From positions 1,054,001 through 1,118,000 of the forward strand of contig LSRY02000013.1 of the NCBI GenBank assembly GCA_001643675.2: 64,000 bases of DNA, in the 5' to 3' direction. The position numbers were made by a program, and so were the translations under genes. Shown one piece after another: positions 12,501-24,876 of this stretch. The number at the start of each line of letters is the position of its first letter. Within the stretch, counting starts at the first letter, position 1. Source of the stretch: Monocercomonoides exilis PA203. Its lineage: Eukaryota > Protista > Preaxostyla. The notes under the pieces are model-generated. The model worked only from the letters and a program-made list of their open reading frames with translations, did not search any database and was not told the DNA's origin.

Positions 12501-14274
12501 TGAAAGTGTTAATTCCGCAGTCCACACTCTTGGTTTCTGTGATCGTTCCTGTGAGTATCTCAATATCTGTGACAATATCAGGAATAAGCTGAGTCAAACA
12601 ATGCCTGAGAGTTCCACAAGGATGAATTTTATTCAGCCCACATGCATACGTATCAGTTGCATAAGGTTGTGTTTCAGTCGAAGAAACAAATCTGACTTTT
12701 CCGAAATCGTTTCGAAGCCATTCGCTTCTGTCAGCAATGGTATACAAGCTTGTGCTAACTCTGTTTGTTGTATTCCTTGTTGAATAGCAGGTTGAATCAA
12801 TGTTGTTTGATGTCGAATTATAAAGAACAACATCATGACCCCCTGCAACGCATGTATTATTATGGAAAAAGCAGAAATAAAACAATGTTCCATTATTGTT
12901 ACTGTTAATTAATACACCAACAGCACCTGCTCCCTGCATTGAATAGCAATGACAAAAAAAACAATTTGAAATAATAACTTTATCAATGCAGCGCCAATGT
13001 TCGACAGCACCACCTGCTCCGTCGGTCGAAGAATTGCATCTGCAGTTATCAAAATATGAATTGATAATACAGTGTTTTTGTCTTTGAGTTTTTGTTAAAC
13101 GGAGATCAATTGCCCCTCCATCGTTGCCAGAAAAGCAATTATGAAAGGAGCAATCATCAACCATTGTCTGGACATAAACATATTCTGATGAAATTCCACC
13201 ACCACCAAAGTCAGTGGTTGCTGCTGCAGAACATTGGAAGAATGGAGTATGGAGCACATTGCATTCAGCGATTTTCAATGCATATATTCCTCCACCTCTT
13301 GTCGAGGAAGCATTGCATCTTGTAAATGACGAATTTTCAACTCGAAGGATGGCTTTTTCATTGTCATGCACATAAAGAGCACCTCCTTGTGGTGCTGTGC
13401 AGTCAACCCATTCACATAAAGAAAAGGATTGACTTTCTGTTGTGTCCATTTGTTCTCTTGGTTGAAGAATATTTTTTTCCCTTTTCCCATGATGTGTAGT
13501 TGTGTTTTTGCAGATAAATTCTTGTGAAGAAAAAGATCCACTTGAAATACCTCCTTCAAATACATTAACAGAAGAATAAATAAGGCAGTTCTCCATTGAA
13601 CTCAACAAACATGAATGTTCGATTTGATAATCACCGTTCTTGTCATATTTCGCTGACATGTTCCTGAAGGCACAATTATCAATCTGTTCACTTTCGCTCT
13701 TTCCAGACAGCAGGAAATAGTCTGATGATGAGACAGCCAGATCTTCAACGATGGAATTTCTGAAAATAACACAATTTGAATCATCAGATGAAAATATGAG
13801 GCTGGAAGGGCAAAGATTCTTTTGGGGGACAAAAGTCATGTTTGTGAAACAGATTGCCCCACTTTGCAAAAGAAACGGAGATTCCGATTTTTGGTGGGAA
13901 ATGCAGGAATCCATTGTTAGATTCGATTTGCCTGTTATGAGCACACACGTTGAAGAAGAATGTTCAATTGCCACATTTTTCAGTCCAACTGTAGAATTGT
14001 GCAATCCCAAAAATGTGTTTTTCACTGTAGAAAGTCCTGACTGTAATCTTTTCACTTCTAACAATGCATTCTGCTCAAATATATAATTGCTATCGGTCTC
14101 TGACAGATATTGTGCATCATTTGAATAACCTGAACCCAAATAAAGAGAATAATTGAAAAAATAACAATTCGAAAGAATACCTTTGTTCTCCAATGTGGCA
14201 GTTCCAGAGACATATTGTGCTTCAAATGTTTTCTCAAGAATCAAACATACAAAAAAGAATAAAAGCATTCTCAA
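6508..14274 (-). CDS. Giant single-pass surface protein (2588 aa): signal peptide, beta-helix/Pmp-like repeats, TM helix, C-terminal kinase C-lobe remnant
   Basis: Hydrophobic N-terminus; repeated GGA(I/L)/FxxN and CGxxxxPCxT/S motifs; TM FWLLIVIIMAFVLLLILIIAVISTIRW. The tail has RWKAPE, FSIGMILWECLTLQIPF and RPTL, but no GxGxxG, VAxK, HRD or DFG. The start codon is uncertain because the track begins at TTG. Confidence 0.85.
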   Translation of the reverse strand: MRMLLFFFVCLILEKTFEAQYVSGTATLENKGILSNCYFFNYSLYLGSGYSNDAQYLSETDSNYIFEQNALLEVKRLQSGLSTVKNTFLGLHNSTVGLKNVAIEHSSSTCVLITGKSNLTMDSCISHQKSESPFLLQSGAICFTNMTFVPQKNLCPSSLIFSSDDSNCVIFRNSIVEDLAVSSSDYFLLSGKSESEQIDNCAFRNMSAKYDKNGDYQIEHSCLLSSMENCLIYSSVNVFEGGISSGSFSSQEFICKNTTTHHGKREKNILQPREQMDTTESQSFSLCEWVDCTAPQGGALYVHDNEKAILRVENSSFTRCNASSTRGGGIYALKIAECNVLHTPFFQCSAAATTDFGGGGISSEYVYVQTMVDDCSFHNCFSGNDGGAIDLRLTKTQRQKHCIINSYFDNCRCNSSTDGAGGAVEHWRCIDKVIISNCFFCHCYSMQGAGAVGVLINSNNNGTLFYFCFFHNNTCVAGGHDVVLYNSTSNNIDSTCYSTRNTTNRVSTSLYTIADRSEWLRNDFGKVRFVSSTETQPYATDTYACGLNKIHPCGTLRHCLTQLIPDIVTDIEILTGTITETKSVDCGINTFTIYGQSDLSSTVQIEFEASDLSLFSVSTGKLTVRDFILVHDSVHPNNCGSRLFEITGAGEMHISGLNISIGSGQSTETAFTTELINVQSGMFQMENVNWAKTISTFSLFSLSSTNEISLTLSECAFSGIERTNSGAAVMSFSNDKANIDLDSCSFEGCGSTSSENGGSMMLCVGEANEVKVEGGSFDGCFCSATDGFGGGILLRLLNENPNFLISSSFGTNTAKWGSDIFVFSPNLEVTTKSEKISCVTASSDTADKVRGYENGNNSLAIPLCIYLLPTPEEIFVSNLEACDHSHCGIVQFPCLTLKHSLTRLTGTKKVVVSEMISMSDELAFAGQKHEIRGNDDQSGWTVSDSSSTSISSMITASTETELSTLIFSLPPSLSSHSTLISSSSRLTLSHCSLSLQNPLSELALLFLSVESGTLYVDSFSASSIDLSGNPLISLSGSGTNTELMSTLWLNMTNCYFTGIERAAGSGGCVSIDNSNDENSNGEINIEECDFDGCSVLEDESRGGAINAQLKGNTQLNIISCIFTECTAPTGEEEKTGFGGGMALKLIDDYSLFVISSPIFDTSKPNSAKYGNDLFVDSTDLTKSITNTSLPFVSGNLVDISLDSMRGFDGSDTTNSIPLVYFWLSLGTQVFIGGKGKDMGACGFSDYPCLSIDHSLTRLQEGNERNITIIGKGILQKCVDLSGISVKSDNSSICSLECYSSLEGSEEAVMKISGITNFELIRFMIPYSFTGGVSYLMHVGSSEGLLTLKDCSFTKNEESGEEIINYGLIKADGGTAQLEFAKVQSLSFSKDVISVLSSTILNIKNSTMKNVELDGASGLSISKSSRREKNEVEQDVVIEWSVFEEVTQNTTNDIPIIRNANDDDPLKMVIRNTTMKKCGGLKCRKGGGMFCGLNEGGKFECSFCTISECFCSTTGRGGWLFLECTSTVEQPLNFVLSNITFKDNSALRGRDVYVRCHSIDSQIIDEQFLLDFRAPFVKELAMWGCITDSFVGEEDLLLRVVRYQSETIFVSSADENSEDSRQCGEFSMTCQSLDTGVQHIIPSSYSQLLISKETIINGECEAKDVIIRSLQSPTAALVHLNSTITGEGSLITTSENVRIEKLKFNFGKSFCYSGSSIINEASGQLSLSIVDFSSIVESNSIPSVALNSTLLSIGNGILHVDNCSVSLLSFKKSAFLLNGDEINITNFRLEQIESTSNVFEIGQCKEVAFNWVVADEVKLSEGCIIAIHGSNSGTISIGISSFNNCSRNSGGSSVLSVSSTSAQVTLSNCTCTNCISLSEKGSIIQVSNATSVFLELCRFIGVLEKERENDRINSFEEICKWNESLVHSANTSLIMNYATISNSSSGGLSISAGNVTIEKGEFLNNNPFVQKYPSLHRNIICSDSASLTISSLKGGDGVKDNSSLWILNDGCTLSGIAGERPSPFFIPRLEDVSVNENESNIFIKFKGALLLPCDLSFRLVYKTRDVELVETYPFDENSFVSEDEVIGTIPSENIHSIADETEVSVMILFGKQLAATSPQILKNRSESKEDGDERIVEGGKERKSFWLLIVIIMAFVLLLILIIAVISTIRWRNAKNENKELREIVNDNIRKDPKAFEMVTMEMSPEEQWRRAEREAEKKNEERIKKRVYAKSLQHSESSEHLLAESGSTEYILGKDSDKIPQWILEKVDEETQKRTPSPSISSTSSTDTSDTESTFVRSESLCPTTSSMSNLVDAMACSSPHEKLIADLRDSLFMLLHGRNKTKEMAIGTLQEREQTAAQILFWVANLALHSFDEMENPLQSLANLSPHIVLFSEHMVICIVMHSDFLSSDDSDSSSISSSTIVTSVSDDDDDEDDSLPSSAFEDEGLFKKECLRWKAPELLINKNMGASKESVSFSIGMILWECLTLQIPFGDYEAEVAGQKIVNGERPKVECVRELSMGAISERCLLEDGGNRPTLVELKREFIQHFPAGAVMLTVSDAIDISRETDNGNRASGTISEGSILGLMKE

Positions 14275-17200
14275 GCAGAATGAAAGTCAATTTTGAGTTG
14301 AAAATTTTTATTTTTTTCCGGATGATCAAATCGAAATAAATAATGGATTTTATCACAATTGAAAACTGAAAAAATCTTTCTTTCAGCAAATCATTTTGTG
14401 GGCTTTTGAAAAACATCTGGAGCATATCCAAAGCATGTGGCTTTCTTTGGTTTTTGTCAGGCATGAATCGGTATTTGCTGAAGCAAATGAAATTCTTTCA
14501 CTTCAAAAAATAAATAAAATAAAAAGATAAAACTGAATGAAAGATTGAAAAAAAAAACCATTTCAAAAAGAAATTGCTGTCCAGCAAAGTTATAAAAAGG
14601 CGAAAGTCTCTCATCAAAAAAATTGATTTCAAAATCACCAGTTGAATGTGTTTTTTCGAGTTGTCAAATGAATCCTCTCCAATTGCTCTAAAATGATGAG
14701 TCTTTCTTCATCCACCTTCTCTTTCTTCCACTTGTCTGCTGCTCAACTGCTCTCCCTTCATAACTTCCTCCAACTTTCACATCATTTCACAAATCAATTC
14801 CTCTTCTTCCCTTCTCTCTTCTTCTCTTCATTTCCTCTCTTTCTCATTCCTCTTCGCCTTCTTCTTTGCTCCAAACATCCAAACAACCTCTTCTGCTTTA
14901 TTCGTCCCCCGTTTTCTTGCTCCTTCTCAATTTTGCATGTTTATCTTATTGATGCAAACAACCAATGTTTGTTGTTCAAAAATACTCATCTGCTTTTTTT
15001 TCAGAGAAAAGATTCCTTTCGAGAAATCCTTTGTTCCAATTGAAAGGACATGCAATGTGAACCTTCTCTTCTCATATTCTTTTTAAAAAAAGAAAAGAAA
15101 GAAAGAAGAAGTTCCAAAAGATTTAAAAAAAACGAATAAACAAATAAAAAGAATTTAATGTGTTGTAATTAAAACTCAAAAATACATTTTCCAAAATAAA
15201 TGAAAAATAAAAAATAAAAATAAATTCTATCGTTTCTCATATTTCACATTTCTTCAAATTTTAATCATTCAAAAAAATCAATATTAATCTGCAAACAAGA
15301 ACAAACACAATTTGCCCTTCTTTGCCAGCTAAACATTCTCATTGCAAAATACTAATAACCCCATTCGACTCTTCTTCCTTCCCAATCTCTTGTTCTTCGC
15401 TTTCCGTTCTGCATTGGCCCTGCTTCCATCTCTTTCTTCTTCTTCTCATCAACATCATCCTTTCACTTTCTTTTCAATTTTCTTCTTTATCTTTTCTCTC
15501 TTCCTTGTGCTCCAATGATGTTATCTTTTCTTCCCAAGCAATTCCCATCAATACAAATTCTCGCCAAAGCCAGCGCTTTTTTGATGAAATTGTGTGTATT
15601 TCAATTAATAATTGGTGCATCTTCAAAATATCTCGTGCTAAAATATCTAAAAAGATGATAGAGAATTGTGAAAGCCTTTTGAATGGAATTTACAAATAAA
15701 CGATTTAAACCTCTCAATGAATGTCAAGTGGTTGATGTTCAAGTGATGTTCAAAATATTGCTTTTCAATGTTAAAAAGCAACCAATGCATTTTCGAAAAA
15801 TCTGATAAAGTTACAATGGAAATGGAAACATATTCAAAGAAGAATGCAGATCGGAATGGAATGGAATGTGGATTTGGATATTTGATGAAATCAATGAAAT
15901 CTTTTTGGCTTCACTTGGAAAGGCAAATGCAACACATTGACTATTGAAGAAAATGTTGGCAAAAGATATGATGGAGTACTCAAAGACATCTTCTCTATTG
16001 TTGAGCACGGTGTTTGTGGTGTTTTGTCAAAGGAATCAACATCTGCTTCGCTGTTGACAGTAGTTTTGCTCTGACTGTTCAAAAGGGGAATGCTGGCGGA
16101 CTCTACTTTTATGTGTTGCCTTTCTTCAGAATTTTTTGTTTGATCTGGCCGTTGAACTGCACTGGCAAAATGAGGATTTGACAATGCTCCTTCAGTTGAA
16201 TAAGGCCTCGCTTTCAATTCTTTTGTTTCTGCATCTTCATCGCAAAAAAGAATGGAGTAGTTCTGCACTTTTCTTTTTCGATGCTGCCTCACAATGAGGT
16301 TTTATTTGGATTTTACAGTTATCAAAACATTTTTAATGGTTCGAATTAAAAATATTTTTTTCACGAATCAGATTTGTTAAAAAAAATAAAATTAAGTGTT
16401 ACATCAATTATTATTTAAAACAGCTTTATTTTCTGTATGGATAAATTTTTGTCCTTTTGTTTTTTATTGAAAAATCTAAAAAATCAATAATCGTCAGAAT
16501 TTCATAAATATTCATTTTCATGCTTTCTCTTTGATGTGATATGAAAATCAATCATTTCCTATCGGATTCCAATTTGAAAGAGATTTTGGAACTTTGATTG
16601 CGAGTATTAATGTTATTTGTATTTGTTGGTTCATCTTTTTTTTTTTTTTATTTTTATTTTTGTAGGCAATGATGCAACTTCCTGTTCTCTCTTTCTGAAG
16701 ACAAGAAAAACTCATTCAGAGAAAAATAAGGACAAAGAGAAAAAATCAGAAAAGATGCTCCCAGAGGAAATGAACATGCTATAACTTCAAGAATTGAAAA
16801 GATGGTGTTCAGAAAGAGGATGTTAATAAAATTTTGTTCTTCAAACAAATCAAACGAAATATCAAACGCTTAATCTATTCAAAGATTAGAATATAATAGG
16901 TCTGATGTGGAATGGAGAACAAAAAACGATCGCAAAGAGGAAATGGGAAAAGAAAAAGAAACAAAGAAAAAAAAACATAAAGAACAAATTAAAAACTGCA
17001 TTTACCCAGATTGAATCATATAAAGAGGATAAAGAATAAGCAGTTTATCAAATATTCTTGAGATAAAAAAAAAAGAGCAAGAATCAAGGAAGATATTCAA
17101 AGAAGAGAGAGGAAAAAGACAATTGAACATTCACTTGGTTTGCTCATTTTTTGTGAAAATTGATTTTCTTTCAAAATTGAATCAGTAAAAAAAAGAGAGA

Positions 17201-17327
17201 GAGAACAAAATATACCCTCAAATGCTTGTTTAATTGTGATATGATATTTTTTTTTAAAGAAAAAGAAAGAAAGAATAAGAAAAACTCAAAAAATATTGAG
17301 ATACAAAATGAAATGAGATTCGTTTCC

Positions 17328-18813
17328 TCAAATGTTCACAAAATAATCAGAGATACTCGTTGATATGTTGTTACGGAGTTTTCTGTTATAGAATTCTAAT
17401 AATTCGTGGAGGCTCACAATAGAGTCCTCGTATCCTTCTTCTTCCATCTTGTCAAACAGAATTCTTTTCATTTTCTTCATTTCTTTCCAATCAACACCAT
17501 CTGTAGCATTTTCTCTCCATTTTTTCGTAAGATTCAGAAAGAAATACAGACAGTGACACATAATTTCTTCATTCAATTTTGCCCGTTGAATCTCCTCCAA
17601 AAGCAAATCAAATGCCCTGCTCTTCTGCAACTCATTGGCCGCAGGAAAAAGTGTATTTCTCTTCATCATCAACGAAAATACAACAAAACACTGATTGGCA
17701 ACTTGAATGTGATTCTCCCTCGCTGCTCTGCACAGCTTTGTTGCTTCACCTAAAAATTCGAGAAACTCTTCATCCTGATATTTGCCACTCGAAAAGGAGT
17801 TGATGATGAATATCCATCTTTCCACAATCGCTGCATTCTTCGTCTCCATCCTTCTCTGTTCTCCCTCTTTTCCTTTCTTCCCCCAATCCACACATTTCCT
17901 CGCCTCTTCAAACTCTCTTTTCGCCTCTCTCACAAAATCCAGCTCATTCACGGAAACAGCTATGACACTCTCACACTTCTGAATTCTTTTGATGCAATAC
18001 ATCCAAGCTGATTGATAGGCAAGCCGTGTCAGGTTGCGATGCTCTTGATGATATTTGATGATTTCAAAGAAATCCCTCAAATGCAATTCGTCAAACTCTC
18101 TCTGATAAAGGGAAAAAATATCAATTTAAATTAAAAAGTGAAAACGTCAACAAAATCACAACAAAATCGAAATGTCCATACATCATAAAAATTAATCTTG
18201 CACAACCCCAGCAAAGCTGTTTCCACTTCTTTTTGTGTTTCTTCGTCTTCCTCTTTCTTCAAAGCAACTTTCAGAAGGCAAACACTGGCGATTGTGAGCA
18301 TTTCTCTTGTAATAAGCCCGTCTTCCATCAACAAATAGCATTCACAAAGATCTGCAAGAAAATTTTCGTTCTTTTCTTCTTTTTTCTCGTTTTCCTGAAC
18401 AATCGCCCTCTTAAATCTTAAACTCGGGTAATATAAACTATTGCCTGCGTTCAATATGCTCAAAAGTGCTTTGTGATGTCCCATCGGCTTCAGCATCCAA
18501 ATTGCATTTCTCATTGATATTTTCTTTTCTTCAAAAAGTTCCGTGATTTTCATGAGCATTTCTTTTGTGTAAATTGTTTCGAATTCCGTTTTATTCATTT
18601 CCTCCATTGCCATGTTCATTTCTTCAATTATCTTCTTCTGCTCGCTCTCGCAGCAATCTTCCAGCTTCGAAAACATTTCTGATGAAAAAACATACAAATC
18701 AGAAGAAATCGCATTCGCCAAGAATCTGCACACAGCAATATTAGCATACCATTGAATCTTTCAACAGGTGATATCTTTAATGCATCCCAAGTTGAATTGA
18801 AGCCATCAAACAA
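17328..18813 (-). CDS. Lineage-specific helical (ARM-like) family protein, multi-exon
   Basis: ORFs 18131..18733 and 17328..18086 are joined by a short intron. They share LLKVALKKEE..ETQKEVE.ALL, YHQEH.NLT.LAYQSAW and LF.KMEEEGYED with the gene at 21921..23371. The 5' end is uncertain. Confidence 0.8.
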
Positions 18814-19799
18814 TCACAATGGTTGGAGCCATTTTACAAAAGAGCAGACAGTTGACCACCACAAGAAAAGCTGAACCCCATTCAAAATAAATCGAGCAAA
18901 CTTCTTCCGGTTCCGCTTGCATCTGTTCTTCCTTTTTAAATTCCAAAAATCTCAATCGATCCCACAAATAAATATACAGTTATTGGAATATTCAGATCAA
19001 AAAAGAAAAAGAAATACAAATTAGAAAGATGGAAAATGTTTGAACCAGAAAGAATAGGAAATGGAATGAGCGAGACGAGAAATACTGACAATAAAATGAA
19101 AAAGCGAAACACCTTTGAAACTTTTAAAAATACTTTTCTTTGGTTTTCATTCATTTTTCAGAAAGGAGATTGAAAAACATCCTCTTTCACAGCAATTCAC
19201 AAGTGTAAAACCACAAAGATATGTGAAAGATCAAGTGCAACACAAGGATGAAAGCAAGGTTTAACAGCATTTCTTCTGTCCGAAGAGAAAAATATTTCGA
19301 AAACCTCAAGAACTGTTGAATAATTGAAAGAAATAAGTGTTTTCCATTTTTATTCCCGATGGGAGCATTATTATTTTCCATACATGTTTTACCTAAAATG
19401 AAAATATCTTTGAAGAAAATGCTTTTTGTTGGTCAAAATCCTCAAAAAGAAGAAATGAACATTTAAGAATCTGCAATATCTTTGGTAAAAAACAAAGCAA
19501 TAACGAATCCAAGTGTGCTGTTGCTGCTCCTCGACTTTTGCCCACACAAAAACAACACGTGTCAATCCTTGCTCTCTGTTTCTCTATTCGATATCTCTCT
19601 TTCACATGTGAGAAATTATTGACAGAAATCTCATTCTCGTTCTTGCTTATCTTCTCAATGCTCTTATCATTGAAAATTGTGTGAACAAAAATACTCTTTC
19701 TTTTCTTTGTTCAGTTTTATCAGCAAATGAACGATTCAGTTGACATTTAATTGAAACAGATTGAAAAGGAAAAAATGAAATGGCAGAGTGATCACAAAT

Positions 19800-21830
19800 C
19801 AAAGAGAAGCAAAAGATAATCAAAAGAGATGACAACAGCTCAGAGAAGAAGATATTTGCCCCAGAAACAAACGAAGTTGATCCAGCCAGTTTGGAAGATT
19901 CATTTCAGATAATCTTCTCAATAGAAAGATCCTTTGAATTAATGAGCTGTAGCATGTTCCAAGCTGCTGAATCTGGTTTGTTCAAGACAAAGAAAGGAGA
20001 AGTTGTGGTCTCATAGCAACAACTTAATCGTTTCCATATTCACCATCTATTTTTTTCCTTCTTCTTTTCCTTTTTCTTTTTCTTTTTCTTTTTCTTCACC
20101 TTCTTCTTCACCTTCTTCTTCTTCAATGATTCCATTCTTCTTGCACTCTTCTTTGTTTATTTTCCTTCTCATCATATTCTTCAAATTCTTCATTATTTTT
20201 CATCGTTATCATCATCTTCTTCTTCTTCTTTTCCTTTTTCTCTTTTAATATTTTCCACTTCCTCATTTTTGATCATCTTTTCTCTTCCCTCTCTCAACTC
20301 CTGATTCAAATGTCCAGATGATCCTGAACTCCTCTTCCTCTTTGCATCTTCCCACAGCTTCTTCTTCATTCTGAAGATTTCTGCTTTGTTCGTCTGGACG
20401 GTGCTTTGCAATGCTCCTAGAAATGAAACGATTTGGATGGAAAGAAACAGGGAAGGCGCCTTCAAAGGCAGATGCTGTCAGATGCACAAGCAGAAAAGAA
20501 TGATAAATGTGAATGCCTTCACAAGCGACAATACGATATCTCCTGTATTTTTGAGGAGAGTCTAAAGAGAGAATAAATATTTTGCATAAACACATTCAAT
20601 GAGGAGGATGAAGCATATATATTATTTTTTTATAAGAAAAGAAAGGAAAATAAAAAAAAATAAAAATAAAAATAAAAGCAAAAACAAAAATAAAGATAAA
20701 AATTAGAAATTAGAAATTTTTATTGCAAAAAAAATCGAGGATTTTTTTATATTTTTTCTTTCTTTCTTTCTTATTGAAATTAATATAAATGCTGAAATGC
20801 AACATGAATTGGAAAACACACCTTAATTTGATCAAACGCTTCAATCGCAATCTGTTCTGTCCTGTCGAACTTGCTTCCGAATCGCTCCAACTGTTTCAAA
20901 GTTTGCTTCAAAATCCGCCCTGAAATCGGTAAATCAATGATTACGATCAAAACGATCTAAGGTGATGAATTTTCCCAAAAACGTAACAAGCGTCTTCAGA
21001 AAAAAATACTTACCAAGCGGTTACATCACTGAACGATTAAAATGTTGAAATGAACTCAAAAACTCGGTTGCTATTTGATTTCGATATTGCAATAATCTCT
21101 TTTTGTCTTCTCAATTTTTTTTTCCATCTTCGCTCAACCTCAAAGCCTTTTGGAATAGAATCTCTTTCAATGCTCGATTCACAATGTTGTCCATTGTTGT
21201 CTTTATACAATTCCTAAGGAATCCAACAATCGCACGCACGAGTTTCATTAAAAAATGTGAATTGATAAAAGCTTAATCCTCTTTATCAATCTTCCTTCAG
21301 TCTGGATAACCCACTCAAGAAAGGAACTAATAACAAAATTATCCTTAAAGCGAATAACTTCAGTCAGCACATTAAATTTGTAACATTCACGGAAACTGGC
21401 ACACACTTTGAAATAACAGAAAAATTATCTCGACGAAGCAAAGCTCTCAGATAACTCTAAATGCGAGCGCCAAAATTGTAATAAAAATGCTTAATGCAAT
21501 GATGTGGCATGCACCTAATCAATGAAAAAACTGTTGCTTTTTTGTCTCTTCTTTGAAGAGTTCTTTTAAATGCTTTATTTCCTCTTCGTCATGTGGTTCA
21601 TAAAGCTCAATTCCAAATATGTGGGATATTTTCCAACACGTTCTATTTGTATTCAAAAATCTGTGTATTTCATTATTACGAATAATTGTTGGTTCGATCA
21701 GAAAGAAATAAATTTCTTTCGTCTTTGGCTAAATACAACCAATATCGTAGCTTCTTTGTGACCCCTACTTCACATTCATTTTTATAAAGCAAAGGAATTC
21801 TTGTTGGACCGCTGTATATTTATTTCATCA
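19800..21830 (-). pseudogene. Multi-exon hypothetical gene or pseudogene of unknown function
   Basis: A series of short exon-like frames bounded by GT/AG (e.g. RILKQTLKQLERFGSKFDRTEQIAIEAFDQIK and LKAPSLFLSIQIVSFLGAL), with some in-frame stops. Confidence 0.3.
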
Positions 21831-21920
21831 ATAATCAACAATGTTTGTTGTTTTTACTTTTTTTGTTTTGCATATGAAGTTTTGCGAAATCAAAATGCTC
21901 ATGCAATAAGCAGAATAGAA

Positions 21921-23371
21921 ATGCGCACAGGAGATGAATCTTATGATTATTCTCTGCAGCGATCCCTCAGAGACAAGTTTAATAGTTTGTGATATTTTAA
22001 TTGTTGTTAAAAGGGACTTATTTTTGGTGTGTTTGCATCATTTTTGGAAGACTTGTTTTATGTGCTAGGTCATTGCCCAGAAAGCGAACAGGAACAGAAA
22101 ATCGAAGAATTGAACGAAATAATTGATGAAATGGATGGAAGTGCAATTCATTGGACTTTCACAAAAGATTTGTTCAACAAAATGGACAAAATGATTGAAG
22201 AAAAGAAACTCTCAATGGAAAATGCAATTGTGTTGCTGAAGCATTTGGGACATAGAGCAGTTTTGGTTGGATATTTGTGTAGCAAGCTTCGCGATTCATC
22301 CCTGCGCAAAAGAATTGAGAAGATGATTATTGAAGAAAACGAGAAAAAAGAAGGAAGGAAGGAAAAACTTATGATTGATCTTTGTGAAAGCTATCTTTTG
22401 CTATCTGCCACTGAAATTTTCGAAGAATTATTTCCAATTAGTGTACCTTGCCTTCTGAATGTTGCGTTGAAGAAAGAGGGAAATGAGAAGACTCAAAAAG
22501 AAGTGGAAGTAGCTTTGCTTGCATTGAGCTGCATTGACAAATATGAAGTGTGATTTTTGTATTTTCAATCCAAACTATTTTATGATTTTATTCTTTGTTC
22601 AAATGTTAGAAAATAGAAAAAGAAATGTATTTTGATCATATCGTTGCAATTGTCAAATATCATCAAGAACATCACAACATGACTCAACTTGCATATCAAT
22701 CTACCTGGCAGTTTTTGATAAGCCGAGTTTATTATGATGATAGTTTAGAAGACGCTGTTTTGAAAGAACTTCATTTTGTGAGAGGGGCAACAAGAGAGCT
22801 TGAAGATTTGACGGGAAGCATAAATTGGAAGAAAACTTCAAAGGAAATGAGCAGAGAAGAAATAAAAAGAGTGCACATTACAAAGAAATGGATAAAAGCG
22901 ATTGAAGAATTGATTGATTGCGGAGCGTTGCAGAAAGGAGAGAATATCAGTGCGCTGATAACTTTGATTACAAGAATATGTGCAGCATCAATTCGTAATC
23001 AATTTCAGTTTTTTGGGGATTGTCTTCATATGTTCTTAAAGATGATGAAAAACATTAGACACATCGATTATCTGGTGGAAGGAGGAACGGTTGAACTCTT
23101 TTTGAAAGAAATGAACAGGTCGAATGTGATGGATTACCCGATTCAAAGATATTTTGAATTTTTCAGAAAACTCTGTGAAATGGTTGATTACGAGCAAAGA
23201 GTTGAAAGCGATGAGGCAGTGCGAAAAAAGGCGAAGGGAAAATTATTTGAGAAAATGGAGGAAGAAGGCTATGAAGATTCCATCATGGGATTTCGTCATT
23301 GCATAGTCGAAGATTTATTTTCCAGTGAATTTTTGATTAAGAATATTGAAAATTATATTATTTATTGTTGA
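21921..23371 (+). CDS. Lineage-specific helical (ARM-like) family protein, three exons
   Basis: Exon 1 starts at ATG 21921 (..RDKFN|). Exon 2 lies within 22029..22553. The second intron ends in gttag at 22609, which puts exon 3 in frame with ORF 22625..23371. Paralog of 17328..18813. Confidence 0.85.
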
Positions 23372-24198
23372 AGCTGATATTTTTTGTTTGCTTCATTGTT
23401 TGTGGTTAATGTCCATTCAGCGTTTGTGAGAGAATTTTGCTTTGTCATTTTTCGTTATTTTTTTGATTTTGAGATAAAATGATTCCCTTGCTTCTTCATT
23501 TTCTTTCAAAAAATTCCCAAATAGATTTTAGAAGATTTTTTTTTTTTTGATGTTTGATTTCAGACTACGTTCAATATGAAAATAGAAAATTGAAACATGT
23601 TGGTTTTTTTTTTTTTTTCATAACTGAAAAGGAGATTGTAAAAATAAGAACAATATTATTTCAAAAAAAAAAAAAAAAAAAAAAAAATGATTGTGGTAGT
23701 TCATCAGTATTTTGTTTGCACCTTTTATTAATCCTTCGTTTTATTCTCTTGAAATAAATGTTTCCAGATTAAATAATTCAGCATTTAAAATTATTTTTCG
23801 TCTGAAGCAAAGAATCAGTGAAAAAATTATCCACTCTTATTTGTGAAAACAAATTCTAATAAAAAATCATCTTGTTAATGCATTTTCCATTTTATGCTAA
23901 ATGATATCTTGGATATTGAACACGATTTTGCAAAAAAAGGGGGATAGTTTTTTGTTCAAATGATTTTATTTTTGTGTGTAGGTCTCCAAAAAAAAACGAA
24001 ACTTATAATTTAATTTCAAAATGAAAATATATCAAATAATGACTTTCTTTGAAACAAGAGTTTTGCGATATAATGAATAACAAACATCTGACATTACGGA
24101 TTTTATGCTTTTTGTGTTTTCGGTTTTTAACAAAGAAATTTGATCAATTGAGGCATAAATATATTTTTTCAATTTATTATTTTTATTTTTTATTTCAG

Positions 24199-24876
24199 AT
24201 GCTTGAAGGTCTTGCTGCCGCAAGCATTGGTATTCTAATTGGATCAATACTATCAAAAATGCGAAACAAAGCAGCAAAAAGGAAACAAAACGAAAATTCA
24301 AGTTCATCCGAAAAAATATCATCATCTTCAAATTCCGCAGGTTTATTACGTCAAACTCCAGCAATTGTATGAGCACTTATGTGCTTTTGTATATGTTAAA
24401 TATATTTTGCATAAAATAAGACTCTTTGTGTTCGTAAAGACTTAGGAATGGGAAGAGGGAAAATTGGTGCTCAATGTGGTCACGCTACACTCATGATTTA
24501 TGAAAAGGGCAATAAAAAATGTTGCCAATTGATGAACGAATGGCAGAAAAGTGAAGAAAAGCCAATTCAAGTCCTTATATTACATTCAGAAGAAGAAATG
24601 ATGAATCTCAAAAGAAGTGCGAAGGAGCAAGGGCTTATCACTGCAATCGTATACGATGCTGGGAGAACACAAATAGAAGCTGGAAGCGGTTTATTTCTTT
24701 CCTTTCATTTCTTTTTTCGATTTATAATACTTATTTTTAATTTAAAATTTGTGTTCTTGGTGATTCTTATTTGATTTTTTCTTTTTCTTTTCAACTTTTC
24801 AGCCACAGTTTTAGGAATATTTGGGCCTCAACAAATTACACAAAAAGTGACTAGTCATCTTGAAACATATAAATAG
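24199..24876 (+). CDS. PTH2: Peptidyl-tRNA hydrolase 2 (PTH2/Bit1 family)
   Basis: Exons 24199-24366, 24421-24688 and 24803-24876 splice to an N-terminal hydrophobic anchor plus VRKDLGMGRGKIGAQCGHA, DAGRTQIEAGSATVLGIFGP and KVTSHL. Confidence 0.93.

Noticed and set aside
6530-14086. Many plus-strand ORFs opposite the giant gene (likewise 34409..42214)
   Set aside because: Antisense shadows of a long coding sequence.
14693-16292. Coding-like stretches upstream of the first giant gene
   Set aside because: Fragmented frames with no identifiable motif; probably decayed repeats, not supportable as genes.
20474-20522. Possible GC-AG intron
   Set aside because: A canonical GT donor 6 nt upstream gives the same phase.
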